In this document: in pieces, positions 24,708 through 38,388 of the stretch | Layout: every line of letters starts with the position of its first letter | How positions within the stretch are numbered: position 1 is the first letter of the stretch | Origin: Euprymna scolopes | Lineage: Eukaryota | NCBI GenBank assembly: GCA_053919585.1 | Contig: CM132786.1 | Length of the DNA: 64,000 nucleotides | Strand: one strand, 5' to 3' | Made by a program: the position numbers and the translations under genes | The notes under the pieces: generated by a model | Told to the model about the DNA's origin: nothing | Database searches by the model: none | The model's input: the letters and a program-made list of their open reading frames with translations, nothing else

Positions 24708-24854
24708 TAGATAGATAGATAGATACATTACTATTATATTACACTACATATGCTCTGCAACAAAAAGACATTGGTTGAGCTTGTATTTTTTCAAAATGTA
24801 TATTCTAATCCATTACGATTGGAATATACAAACTGAGTAACATTTCAATAAATG

Positions 24855-24902
<48 letters not shown>

Positions 24903-25820
24903 ATTAGTAACTGCAATTAAGAATAGGAAATTGAGTCAAATGTTTGTAACATGTCTTCTTCCTAAGATTAAGGGTGGTGGCGTTTGATCAACACTGCTGG
25001 GGAGCCATTATGTAATATACTGTTTGTTTTTAAATCCCCGAAACAGTGTTTCATGGTAAACAACTGATGATCCCTTGAAAAATAAATTATTGGTACTATA
25101 GTAAATTCGAGAGCGAGTTGATGCAGTGATTGCAGGTGATTAAATAACTTACTGACTGGATGGCTTTCTAACGAATGATAAAAAATATTTTTTGTATAGT
25201 TTTAAAGCTTAAAAACTTCAAAGACTATATATATATATATAAGATATAAGTATAATAAGATATTGTAGAATTAAATTTGTAGTATATTATTTAAAACAAG
25301 GAATACGAAAAGAGATACAAGGTCGCTTATTCTATAAGATTAAGTTCATAGGTAAAATCCAAGGGAAACGGTTTTATCGATACACTTATCGATGAACTTT
25401 ATCGATGAACTTTTACTTTACTTTCAATTTTCTTTATTGATTGTTTTCAAAGATTGAGCTAATCAGCAAAAATAGATACTTATCTATACTTATATTTTGC
25501 TAATTTCTTTCTCTGTGAAGAAGAGCCTTTCTTTGAAACTTCACGGAATAAGGAACATTTCACCTTTATTTTGTTTGTAATGAAATATAGTAAATTAAAT
25601 TCTACAATATCTTGACTTTTTTCTACTTATATTAGGATTTATCATTGATACTGAGCCTTTTAAATTTGGATAAGATTGTTGTTCTATAAATATATACTTC
25701 TATATTTATATTTGTACACTTTCGAATTCGAAATGTTTTTAATATTTATATTTCTGAATTTAGATTTTGAAAAGTTTTTATTAATCTATTCTGATCTTGC
25801 GAATTTTGCTCCTATACATT

Positions 25821-25890
<70 letters not shown>
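24119..25890. repeat. Cluster of (CA)n, (TA)n, (GA)n and (GATA)n microsatellites
   Basis: Arrays at about 24119-24190, 24440-24460, 24504-24581, 24664-24725, 24859-24900, 25225-25241 and 25822-25890. Confidence 0.95.
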
Positions 25891-25893
<3 letters not shown>

Positions 25894-26086
25894 ATGCCTT
25901 GTTCTAGAAGGTTTTCATACTGTTATCTATCTGTATATCTATAAAAGTGAACATTTCTGTCAATTTTCGGTCTGTAATAATGAAATTGACACAGTCAAAA
26001 GAAGCCGAAATAACTCGAAAACGCGTTGTGGCAGAATAAAATTCTTTCAAGGATGGAGCAATATTTCCACATCAGAGCATCGTAAT

Positions 26087-26170
26087 CTAGTTGGTGATGC
26101 TCGCTTCTCTTCGCTGCAACTCCTTTGCCACAAAAGAGACGTTACGAGTCTGTCTGTGTTCTATCGTTAT
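26087..26170 (+). mobile_element. Small CR1 subfamily B fragment
   Basis: LVGDARFSSLQLLCHKRDVTSLSVFYRY matches 19362-19447. Confidence 0.7.
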
Positions 26171-26739
26171 CTAATATTTTCAACGCGCACATATACGCTA
26201 TTTTATGTCAGCAACGCATCAAGTGTCTGGTTTGCTTTTATTTGTGGAGGCTGTGCAGTTGCACTATATTGATGTAAGAAACCAGGTACAAAGTTGATGC
26301 AATGGTACAATGGCTGCTTTGCAACTACCTTTCTAAGATACAGGCACGCTCTGTTATCAATGTCCTCTCGTCAACATTCAATTCAACAGTGATGCTTTAC
26401 CGGAAGTCGATTGTTCGTGTATTGTTTTGAAGAAATCGTGTAATAGCCGGATACTTTTTAATTTCAACCATTTATGTTGCATTTGATACAATTTTTACAT
26501 GAATTATATTGCGGAATTTTTCTTTCTTTGATGTCATTATTCTGACTTTGTGTACTTTTAGATTGTGTTGTTCCTTTAAGCATATGAGGTTATTAGTATA
26601 ATGTTGTATCTACTCAACACAAGAGTAAAAACATTCTCATAAACCGACAATCACTCTTCTTAGCTATGGGAGGGGTTATTTGGTATGGTACCAGGACTTT
26701 TACACAACATTCTTATATCACGTAAACTTAAACACTGAA

Positions 26740-26945
26740 AACTAGGCTAGAATACGGAAGAATATGGCCAAACTTGAATTTCTTGATAAATTCATCTCAA
26801 TTGTTAGGAAAATGTACGATGGATCGGTAGTTCGTATAGAAAAATGATCGAAATAGTTATAATGACTTCCAAGTCAACGTCAGCATTAAACAGGCGTGTG
26901 CCCTGCCGCCAATGAAATTTAACATAATTTTAACAGGCATAAAGT
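26740..26945 (+). mobile_element. RTE-clade LINE RT fragment
   Basis: MAKLEFLDKFISIVRKMYDG...FQVNVSIKQACALPPMKFNIIL matches the RTE pattern P.KFI..VR..HDG...GVKQGCVLAP.LF. Confidence 0.65.
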
Positions 26946-27661
26946 GATAACGATTGCTTCATATGCACACATACAAGAACGTGAAGAGAACAGTTGTATT
27001 CGAAACGGTAGTATAATCGGTGTCATATATGATGGAGATACGTCATAGCTCAAGTCGGACTGATAAACCATCTTTGAACTCAGAAATCAACAAGATGTGT
27101 ACGATCTTCTTCATAACGGATGGAAGAACATCATATTTATGAATTAGAAATGACATGAGAGCAGTACTGAAAAGAAGAAATAAATATATTGTGAACACGT
27201 CACTCGTTGTACGTAAGTATCAAGAGATATTCATTTTCTGTATGAATGTTAAGAAAAGCGCTCAATTCAGAAAACGCGAAAGCTACACAATCAAGAGTTG
27301 GATATAATGGATTACCAATGAAATGCTAAAATGCAACGCATTTTCATATAATTAGTATTTTGAAAAAGTATTTTAGCACGTTTTGCATTCGAAATATTCA
27401 GAGACAATTACTTATTTATAAATACCGATTGAACCGAAACATATCTTCATAGAATTCTTATGTATTCTTGGTATATACATTTTCTTGCAGTTTCGAATTC
27501 AAACACATTCTTTGAAACATAGTATGCGAAAAGAAGCCATTTTCGTCGTCACGATGAGTAATGTGTCTGCTTAAGTTTATTTGGGATGCTTTACACATGC
27601 CAAGGAACGTGACAACATGATTCTATCAGGGATGCAGCACATAAATTTCCCTCAAGTTACT

Positions 27662-27796
27662 NNNNNNNNNNNNNNNNNNNNNNNNNNNNNNNNNNNNNNN
27701 NNNNNNNNNNNNNNNNNNNNNNNNNNNNNNNNNNNNNNNNNNNNNNNNNNNNNNNNNNNNNNNNNNNNNNNNNNNNNNNNNNNNNNNNNNNNNNNN
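27662..27796. other. Assembly gap (135 N)
   Basis: Run of N. Confidence 1.
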
Positions 27797-28619
27797 TGTA
27801 AGTTTAATATGTTCCGCATAGACATATTGCTAAATCGATCGATCAAGAAAAAATACATTATGAATTGAAAGTTATGGCGAACTCATCTTTTCTTATTTGT
27901 ACTAGCTCACTCGCAAAAGTTTATTTCACTTTTAGAAATCCTTTTCTGTTGTTGTTGAAGGATGCAGCTTTGAAGGTTTTTCGTGCAGATGTTTGTACAC
28001 ATAGTAGTTTCCTCCAATTAAGAAAATCCTCGAATACGGTAACTAAACCACGTAATAAATGAACACTGACCAGCTACGAGTCATTGTTACATAAATAAAA
28101 TAAAAACATTGAAAAGATGCCACATGAATCGAAAGGAATTGAGACAGGCAAAACTCTGAAGAAAGAGAATTCTTTCTTCTGAAATCTCCCAATCACAAAT
28201 GTGGCGGAATAAGCTAACAGGAAATGGCAGATCAAGTAAGTTCGATAGAGGGTATAGGAAGCAAAAACAAGACATGACCCTGATAAGCACAAAGTGTACT
28301 TCGATATTGGAGCGGAATTCATAGTTAATAAAATTCCAGCGAAAGAGCAATTGACAGGTACAGAGAGAAATAACGTTAAACGGATGTTTGGATATTGAAA
28401 AATAATCGTCTGAAAATAGGTTACCAATGTCAATTAGGAAACGCATCGGTCACTATTGATAGTTTTTAATGATTAATTACCGATGATGACTTGTGTGAAG
28501 ACTTCTAAGTAGTAAAAACTAGTACCATTAATACTACTAATACTACTAATGATAATACTACTAATAATAATAATTATGTTCTTATTCTAAACTACAGCAT
28601 AAAGAAATAGGTTCCGTTT

Positions 28620-28990
28620 TGTCAACTAAGCCCCAACCAATGTTACATATCTGTTCAAGATTTACAAATATTTTAATGGAATATGCTTTGATGAACTCGT
28701 TGCACTTGTGTCCCCTCCATGTACATATACCCGACAAACCTGCTTAGTAACAAAATCACACCCCTTTCAATGTTGAAGTCCCTTAATTCCAGAAAGTTTT
28801 CTACTCTATAAGTGTCTTTTCTTGAACAGCTTGATTTGGAATTCCCTTCCTGCTGGCGACTTCCCATACTACCGAAACGCAGAAGTTTAAATGTAACGAA
28901 AAGCAACATCTTGTTAATATTTACTAGGAACGGTCCCAATAGTAGCCCCTTATGCCTTGTTAGGGGTGAACACGAGCAAAAAAAATAAAA
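28620..28990 (+). mobile_element. Old CR1 subfamily A 3' end
   Basis: YKYFNGICFDEL; terminal TAGTAGCCCC..GCCTTGTTAGGGGTGAA plus an A-run, matching 9921-9990. Confidence 0.7.
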
Positions 28991-30010
28991 ATAAACGATA
29001 CTTAATTCTCTTCGAAATGGTAGATGAAATGGAGTTTATTTTGGTGTAATTAATTATATATTTTCAAAAAGGCTCTCATCCACGCTACATTCTAATAAAG
29101 CTGTCAACATAATACGCATTGTTTATATGCTTTTTATTACTGAAATGTTTACACAAAGTTGCGACTATAAATGCAATACTTAATTTACTGTTTAGAGTTG
29201 TATGTACTGTACGTGGCTTTATGACAAAACTGTATTGATACCGTGTAAGATGTTAATATATATGTGTGTGTATGTATGTATGCATGTATGTATGTATGCG
29301 TGTTGTGTACGTGTGTGTGTTAAAACTTCTAAGTAAAAACTATTACCGTTGCAGACCACTACGTACACATTAAACAACACAGTTTGTTTTTCTTTTTATT
29401 CCTTTTCCCTTCTCTCGGCCAACGCGTTTAATTTGCATTAATTGTATGAACGAAATGATTTGAACTTAAACCAAAGTCCACATCTTTTAGTCTCTCTCCG
29501 CCTGAGAAGCTGGAATTTCGCGCGTGATTTCATCTCGTTCTGGTCGGTAACGCATAAGCTAACTTTCGCTTCGGGTGGTTACCATATCCACAGACCCATA
29601 TACAAAACAATTGCTTATCTCTTGCTTCGACGAAGTAAATCTCCGTTATTTTTGTTTTGTTTTAGAACTAGACCTGCATAATCTATCTATTCTAGTATAA
29701 TATTACTTAGCTATTTGGACAGCATATTTCATACGGTTAAAAGTATAGACAAAATATACTGTGACTTGTTTATGGCTTAGTATACACAACAAATCAAGCA
29801 CGCTATAGATATCTGTTGAATTTTTGTGGATGACATTAATAAACATAAATTCTAAAATGAAATTCATGGTGTATTAACATAAATATGTTTTATTAACAGA
29901 TAACACGATACTGTGGTTGTAACACGTAAAATCACGTTAGTGATAGGCAACAGTAGCCATTTCTACTCTAAAACTACATCATTCAAATGACATCTACGAG
30001 AATCGTTCAA

Positions 30011-30045
<35 letters not shown>

Positions 30046-30139
30046 TTATTTATTTATTTATAGAAATCTGTCTACTAAAGACATGAAACTACAAGTGAAG
30101 ACGTTAACAATAACGAATATTAATTATCGAAAAGACAGA

Positions 30140-30945
30140 AATTCAACTTAGTCTGGAAAACTAGTCAAGTGTATATAATATGAGGAAAACAGAAAGAATA
30201 TAGTTCCACAAGTCTGCACTACTTTTTAAAAAAAGTTACTGGAATATGATGATATACAATGAAGTATAGAAATCTGGATTCGATAAAAACCACTTGATTA
30301 ACGAGTCGAAAGATTTAAGATTCTCAGAAGAAAAAGGTTCACACCTTCAATCAAAATTGCAATTTGAGTCTGAACAAAATTCAACGGAAGAAGCAATTTC
30401 GCATCCCAAATAATCTTCTAGATTAGCTGCATATTTCTACTGATCCTAGTAAGATTGGCGAAAATCAGCACTGGAATATAAATTGAGACTAATATAACTA
30501 AATTGGAAATTATTATGTAAAATTAACTACGAGAAACCTAATTAAATACAACACATTTTGAACGATAAAAAATAGGAAACTTCTATTGAATATTACAATG
30601 GGCTCTTCAACTCGGCCTTTATATTCTAAAGGAGATTAATAAGAAGGTAACAGGTATGAGAGGGGTTTCATACGGATTACATGTAGTTATTTGTGAACTC
30701 TGGAAACGGAAATCGGAAAAATGCTATACAGGAGTGACATCCATTCTTATATATACTAAAAAAAGGCATTGATATTAACTATAAATTAGTGAACTTTCTA
30801 GATATTGTACTCAACTAAAACAAAAATATATACGAACGATGCCTTATACTCAATAAACTTGATATTATATTGACTATAAATCTAATCACTCAAGCTCAGT
30901 TAAAGGATTCGCATTCCTAGAATTTCTAAGAGAATACTGAAGCAA
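30140..30945 (+). mobile_element. Degenerate Penelope-like element RT fragment
   Basis: LGLYILKEI, INYKLVNFLDIVLN and YIDYKSNH...IP..ISKRI follow the PLE RT order LVGLYLL / VNFLDVTLNL / YI...SNHP; many stops and frameshifts. Confidence 0.55.
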
Positions 30946-31157
30946 AAATGATCGAATATTTAGTAGTATGAAACATAAATAACTGTTGTAAGGACTTCTC
31001 CATGCACTGAATTGAATTCTTCCGAACTGTATAAATTAACTGAGAGTTACGAGTATCGGTGTGGTACTTTCGTAGTGTAATGTTGTGACCCTTTGGGCTG
31101 TAATCATAGCGTAGTATCTGTGTTAACTGTGGCAAGCTGGGCCAAGGATCAAAACAC

Positions 31158-31810
31158 TATTATTGCCTCACAAGGAACTTTCACACAGGTCTTCAGAGAT
31201 CTTTCCCTGAAAACAGCCTGTGGTGTTCCCTGGAAGCTGAGTGACCACAAGTCTCTCCAGGTTTCTAGTACTCTCCACCTCTATCGATAACATTTGCAAA
31301 TAAATTTGCATTATCGCAACAGCTGCTTGCCATTGATTTCTCATTGGCAGCAGCTATTGGTCTTTGCTGGGATTTGAGTGGCAATAAGCCTCCCCAAAGT
31401 CTCAGTTCTTTTCTCACTTATTCGGCTGAGGTCTGTTTAGTTCATCGGTCTTTCCTTCCTCCTTGTCTCTACTTTTTGGGGGAGGGGCAGTGATGTGGCC
31501 ATGAGGGTAGGGTTGGGTTAGAGAACTTATAGATATGCGGTTTCAGTGTTCTTGGTTCCATGTAGTGTTTCATGTCTTGCCTCACGTGTTGCTCCTGTGT
31601 GTTAGTTTCCACATTCAATGGTTTTTCTTGAAATTTCAGCTGTTGTATTTTTCCAGTCATTCCTTTGATTCCAATTTCTCTCGTTCTTTTTTCGAAGTTT
31701 TTCTGGATTGTTCCTAGTGCTCCTACTATTATAGGTATTATTTGGATTTTCTTAATCTTCCATATCCTTTTCAGCTCTCTGGCTAGCTCTGTGTATTTTC
31801 TTCGTTTCTC

Positions 31811-31811
<1 letters not shown>
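31158..31811 (-). mobile_element. R4/Dong-type LINE 3' fragment
   Basis: The - strand reads KYTELARELKRIWKIKKIQIIPIIVGALGTI; its 3' region is homologous to 17290-17820; an (AAT)n tract sits at its 5' junction. Confidence 0.8.

Positions 31812-31879
<68 letters not shown>
31812..31879. repeat. (TTA)n tract
   Basis: Seen directly. Confidence 0.95.
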
Positions 31880-32149
31880 TGATTCGAACGACGGCGGGTC
31901 GCCGGATCAATTATTATGATTAGAAAAATAAACAATTAAATTGGGAAAATGATTGACATATAATATAATAATATGACAAAAGGAATGTGAAAATAAAAAG
32001 TAGATGTAAACATCATTTTTGGTTCGCATAAACAAATAACTAGATTTTGGTTACATCAGCTGTTGATTTGAGACACGTAATGAAACACATGATGAAATGT
32101 AGATTTGGGGAGATTCTAGCGAGTCGTTAGATGGACATCAGAGAGAACG

Positions 32150-35100
32150 GACGTCTCAAAAAGGAGATTTAACTGTTATTTAACTGCTTCCTTAGTCTAT
32201 TCATCAAAGTTTATTCACGGAAGAAGACTCAGAACATTATTACATGCACTTTAGAGTAGCGTTTAATCACAGCACAACATTTATATTTGCTCTCTATAGT
32301 CATCACAATAACGGAGTAGCAATGCATGAGATTATCGCTAAACAAATTGATCATGCTCTGTCTGCTAATCCATCAGCCAACATTCACGTATGTAGAGATT
32401 TTAATGGTCATAATGTTAAGTATCTAGTTCAATCACATATAATGGTTGACGTAGGGAGGTTTGGCTATGATTTATCTCTCCCTTACAACCTTAGATTGTT
32501 AACGAACATACTCTGTCTTTTAACAATATATTCTAAACTGTGTTCATTCTAAACTCAGTTCTGTCTCCACTATGATGAAACAAAGTATAAAACACTTAAA
32601 TATCCTTCTCCATCGAACAGTGTAACCAATACTTGATGACTTACTGGGATGGTTTCCGACCGTTCATATCGAGCCGACTTCTGTGTAAGTAGAATTCCTC
32701 TGGTATAGCATCTTATTTACCTTCTGGGTTTACTATCACTATATACCCTCCAAAAAATTCCAACAGCTATTGAACAACCAGTCCCGGTACATGACAGAAT
32801 GGGTAGCCGCTATTGCACACGACAACTAATCTACTTCATTTCCTTTAAGCGTCATTAGATGCAGAAGGATTATAGAAACGTTCAGTTTATCGTCAAAAGT
32901 GTGAGAATAGATGTTTGGTTCTCATGAGGCGAATAATACATGAGATCATTAATAAATCTGTCACCTCTATCCCGACCATCATCAACAAATCTGAGGTAAT
33001 TTCGTCAGAATCTGAAAAAAAGCCAAAATATTGCAAGAACTTAACAGCAGACTCAACACTTTGCGATCAAGGTATCTTACTTTCAAAATGTCCTCTCAAA
33101 ATTGAAAATAATCTGACATTCACATATCTGTTCCTAATGTTGCCATCTTCATCATAAATATTGATGCCAGCAAAGCAATTCATTCTGACAATATTCCAAT
33201 TATAGTACTCAAAAAACAGCGACCTAATCTATCACCCATTCTTGCAAAGCTGTCCAATTGATTATTTCCAACACCATGGAAAACCACATTAGTTGACCTT
33301 ATATTTTAAAATAGACGATATCGGTCTTCTGCATCTTAGTATATACCGGCTAGTCTCCTATGTATCATGCGTATGTTGCTTGAATTTGTGTCGAATAGAG
33401 ACATTGTAAACAACCTTAGTAAAAACAACATATTCAATGATAAGCAATATCGCAACCGTCCGGAGAAATCTACAGCTGATGAACTTACTATAAATTCACA
33501 TAGTATCAGTGAATCTATCGCCGGGCGTTTCCTCACAAGAACAATAGCACTTGATATATTAGATGCATTTAATAGGTTTGGCATGTAAATCTTCACAAGA
33601 TTTACAGCTATTGAATATCTGGAAATGTCTTTTAAACCATCTACTCTTTTCTTTCTGGTAGGTTTATACAAATAATCATCGATAGTTAAAAGTCAGAAGC
33701 TCTAAGTATTAATGCTGGCGTTGCTCGGCGATTTATCCTGGTGCCAACTCTCTTCCTTATCTTCATCAATGATCTCCAAAAGCACATTGTTAGTTCATTC
33801 GTTAAGATATACGCAGATGACCCTGCCTTTCAAAGGCCAACACGGACCACGATCTCTTCTCAGACGTCGAGCATGTTGCTAATTTTTACGCATTCAAATT
33901 AAAGCTTTTATATTTTCGCCATAATCGCCCTGATTACCACTTGCCATCAATTGATATGAATGGATCTCGGCTAAAAGAGGATCATTGTTTGGGCAACCTT
34001 CTATGTCTGATCTTTATTCCTTACCTGATATGGAAGATTAAATCAAATCTGTGGCCAAGGTTACCAGAAAAATGTTACGTCATTTTACCGCTAAAGAAGG
34101 TATCTAATTGGCGACGCCATCCTCTACCTGTATAAGATGTCCTAAAATGTTCTGAGTAGCTATTCTTCCTTGAGTAAGTTCAAACTCGGCTTCAAACCCT
34201 ACAACATTTTTCTCACAGAAGAGACGTTGCGAACCTATCACTGCTTTATAAATAGATGGTAAGCGCTCGTTTGAGCTTCAATCTATTGTCCTCTCCTACC
34301 AAAGTTTCATAAACCCACTCTTCCAGCTACGACTATCAATAGTTTCCTTCACGCTCTATTTACGCCGAAATCTGAACGCGACTTCTATTAACAAAGCTTG
34401 TTTCATCTCTGTTCCGCTGATCTTCTTTTGCAGCTCACTAAAATATTGTCGTCTTCCAATTTAAACAAGTTCTTGTTGAGTTGAATGAATGAGAATGAAT
34501 AATTCATTTCTACTTCATTCCCACCACTGATTATTAATACGCTGTTGTCACTGTGACTACCGTACGCTCAATAACCCTTATCCTCGAGTGGCATTCAGGT
34601 CTTTATTTTTATTTTTTTTTACACAGTGATCACCACTTATCGAGGCCCGGAATCCACTCAATGATAAGGGTTATTGCATGTACATTACGTTACTGTGGAG
34701 ATTTGATGAAGTGTTTACTTAAGGGGGCGGTTCATTAGAAATTTGTTAACGTTGGACTTGAACACATCTAAGTTGTAGTCAGGTGGGAAGCAGGCAGACG
34801 GAACAGAGTTCCACAGGCATGCAGTTCTAAGAAAGAAGCTTTGTTCCTCGAATCCGCGTTTTGATTTAGGCACAGATATAGAGTGGGGGAAATTTTTCAC
34901 AGTGGATTAAGCTAGACGGGTGTTTTTCGTGAAAAATTGACGATAGGGGGAACCAGAGATGGGAGTTCAGACGAGCACCTGCTATGGAAAAAACGATAAA
35001 ACAAGGATAGGCTCGCAACGTCTCTTTTGTGGGAGAGAGGTTGCAGGGTAGAGAAAAGGGCATCCCCTTCTAAGCCACGAAGTCTATTTTGTACTCTGTC

Positions 35101-35709
35101 AAGGCAGGATAGGCTGTTTTTAGCAGCTCCTGCCCAGATGGGGCAACAGTAATCATCCTTGGACGTACTTGGCTTTTATACAGATAGAGAAGTGCATCAG
35201 TAGTGAGATATCTTCTGGAGCGGTAGAAGGATCCCACCATCTTTCCAGCGACCTTGGCAACAGACTTGATGTACGTGTTCCATTTCAGATCAGGAGTAAA
35301 GGTCAAGCCCAGAAGCTTGTCAAAATACGGGATCTCACCCAGACGAGAGCCATCCATCACAATTGACGCCAGATGGGGATCAAAGCGTTGATGGTGTAAG
35401 GATAGGAGTTTGGTTTTGGATGCATAAAAGGTAACCAGCCACATCTTCTCCCACTGAACCACGCGCTCGATATCAGAGGAGAGAGAATCAGAGAGAACTT
35501 TGTCATTTACAGCCTTTGATGTGTTTCCGTAGATGGTCGTGTCATCAGCATAGATGTCAACGAATGATTTAAGTATGTGTTTAGGGAGGTCATTGATGTA
35601 GATCAGGAAGAGAGTTGGGCCCAGGATTGCATTTATATTGCAGACCTCCGATTTTTGCCCATCTACCACTACTCTGTGGTCTTTATAATTGATAATTCAC
35701 ATATAAAAA
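32150..35709 (+). mobile_element. Old CR1-group LINE with APE and RT remnants; 3' UTR split by a younger antisense copy
   Basis: ANIHVCRDFNGHN (APE GDFN motif, ORF 32244-32552); RTIALDILDAFNR; YADD at 33810-33821; the 3' UTR runs to 34606 and resumes at 35678-35709. Confidence 0.75.
34607..35677 (-). mobile_element. CR1 subfamily B, young 5'-truncated copy with a 9-bp TSD
   Basis: ORF 35070-35669 with YADD, highly similar to 18742-19824; GGTCTTTAT duplicated at 34598-34606 and 35678-35686. Confidence 0.92.
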
Positions 35710-35984
35710 TACTTTATATTTGGTTCAATACAATTATCAATAAGAAAAGTTAACATTTTATGACCGCTAGTACATCTAAAGAAGATAGATAGATAGATAG
35801 ATTGATAGATAGATAGATAGATAGTAGGAGAGGGAGAGAAAGACAGGGAGCAGTGTTTAAAGGAAGAGCGAGAGGTAGAGAGAGAGTCTGTTTGAGTAAG
35901 GAAAGCGAGCAATACATGTCAAACAATGGAAAGCAGTGAATCAAGTAGGAAGCCAATTTATTAATCGTGTCACGTTATAATGTA

Positions 35985-36060
35985 CATGCAGAAGTGAAAA
36001 GAAGCTTTGTTCATGGAATTTACGTTTAGAATTCGACACGAATAGAATTGAGGAAAGTAA
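35985..36060 (-). mobile_element. Small CR1 subfamily B fragment
   Basis: AAAAGAAGCTTTGTTCATGGAATTTACGTTT matches 38632-38662. Confidence 0.6.
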
Positions 36061-37412
36061 TCAGACAAGTAATTATTATAATAGCAAAATATGAAGAGAT
36101 CGCACAAAATCCATAGTTTATGTTTATTTGATGTTTTCATGAGACACTTAAACTGTTCGCAATTTTCCTGCTCTAACCTGACACGACGCTTTCAAAGTTC
36201 ATCTTTAATGTAAACATTGATTTAAACGTCAATGTATGCACGTCTTTTATTCTTTTCTTATTTTTATCTTCGATAAATGATGATATATTGCTTTATTGAA
36301 AATTGCGCGAGACAACAATCGAATTAATGTAATCAACTAACAAGAACGGATGCTGATTATTGAATATACAGGATATTCTATTGACATTTGTCTTTAAAAG
36401 ACCATGACTGTAGGTAGACGAAAGTACTGAACAGCAAGAGAGTTCGACAACCTTGCTGAAGTTGTATTGAAATGAGGTATTAAAACAACGGATTTATAAA
36501 GACCACTAGACTAATGATCAAACGAGCTGGAACACAGGAAGCATGGAATATAGCAGACATTCCTGATGAAAATATGCCATAATAGTGTTTCTAGAAAAAG
36601 CTCAGACTATTATCATATGTTAGTAAAATAATATATTTGTCAAATAGGTTTTCGAAATTGGTACAAACCCGAGTTTTTGCAGCCTGGAATGTCCGGTGGC
36701 AAACAAAAAGAATAACAAAAAAAACATAACTACTCTTTTATATGCTTGAGATTTCGTCACCTTGTACGCAAATAAGATTTTCCAATCTTTATTTTGGAGT
36801 AGCAAGCATTGACCATAGTGTGTTGAGTTTTACAGTACTGAGTTTGACATTCGAATGTTTGGGAGGAGCAAGTATTGACAGCAATGTCTCGAATGTTGAA
36901 AAAACGTGTTGTTACGGTAATGTATCGAATTACCAATGGAAATTGTTACTGAGACGTGCAGATTTGTTAACAACCTATTTGAGACATTGCAGAATAGTTA
37001 CTTTATTAATAATCTACAAACTATTCCGGTGAAACAGAAAAAATGGGCAGGCGAGTGAAGTAAAGCAGTAACATCCTGCGGCTGTTCACAGGTGGAGGTG
37101 CTGCGGTTACACGGATTAATAAGCTGAAGCTAGTTGCAACACTAAAAAAAGATTAATGACATAACAATATTGATTCCAGTTTATCTGGAAAATAATGCAT
37201 TGGCGTTCTATCTGGGAAGGGAGAAGGATTAGAACGACGTGAAGAGAATTGGAAGAAGATTAAAGAGTGTGTTATCGGAATATTCTTGTGAAGACTAAAA
37301 TAAGCTCAACAGGGTTACCTGGACTAGAGAATCGGTGGACGTGTATACAGCAGAAATAAGTTAATTAGTAGGATTTGATGAGTTGTGATACAACGAAACA
37401 GGACTGTCGATG

Positions 37413-37417
<5 letters not shown>

Positions 37418-37469
<52 letters not shown>
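37418..37469. repeat. (TA)n microsatellite
   Basis: Seen directly. Confidence 0.95.
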
Positions 37470-37472
<3 letters not shown>

Positions 37473-38388
37473 GACGTATGGTTTAAAAAGAACAGGGGAA
37501 AGGTGCTCAATACGTGAGTAGAGCTAAATATGTTTGTTTTTTTCAACTTCGGGGATTTTAACACAAATTATTACAAAAAGAAAATCCTGTCTACTTAAGT
37601 TCAAGGTAAAAAAAAAAACAAATTCGAAAGTAAAAAGATTCTTTTAATACTACGTATGGATATCAAAAACAAGAGTTGAAATTCTAAATAGAGATGGGGA
37701 AGGAGGAATAAGAAAGGGGAAAGGGGGTACGGAAGGTATAGATAATATTTATAATTAGGACTGGGATTAAAAATTGAGAATAGAAGAAAAAAAGAAGAAA
37801 AGTGAATTAAAAAAAGGTTAATAATATATAATATACAATAGTATACAGCAAATAAAAGATAACAAGTAATAAAATAATAAAATAAAATAAAAATCATAAA
37901 GAATATATAACAAGGTAAAAGAAACAGGAAAGGCGAAATATATCTGAATTAGAAAGAGAAAAGGAAAAAAAGAAACACGAAAGAGACATATGTCTGAAAT
38001 GTATGAAGGGTAATGCGACAGTAATTTGCGCATGTCAACAGAGATATAAATTGGTTAAAATTTCTGTAGTCTAAAAACTACCCACCGTAGTTGTTAACAG
38101 GTGCAAAGCAAAGATATGTTCATTCCAAAAAGTGAATAAAACCTCCAAGAAATTAGTATAAGGTCTTTATGAATAAAAAAGGGGGGAATTATGGATTTAT
38201 GATCATGAGAATAAATATCGTCACGTAAGCGAGAAGTTGTAATATGTTTACTGAGTAGTTATGGGATTTAGTTAAGTTCATATTGGAAAATGAGCGGATT
38301 TTCTTTTCGGAACAATTGGGGTTTATTATTAATATAGATTGGATGAGTTTCTTTACGGAAACCTGAGTGAAATAAAAACACATATATA

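Noticed and set aside
27581-27868. ORFs spanning the N-run
   Set aside because: Artefacts of the assembly gap.
31171-31232. CTGAAGA...GAAA in the Dong 3' UTR as a hammerhead
   Set aside because: These bases pair within a simple long hairpin, no stem I/III or cleavage triplet fits, and the second copy reads TTGATGA...GACA.
37030-37410. Possible RTE 3' end (EVLRLHG.., KECV.., W)
   Set aside because: Too degenerate to support as a feature without a profile search.
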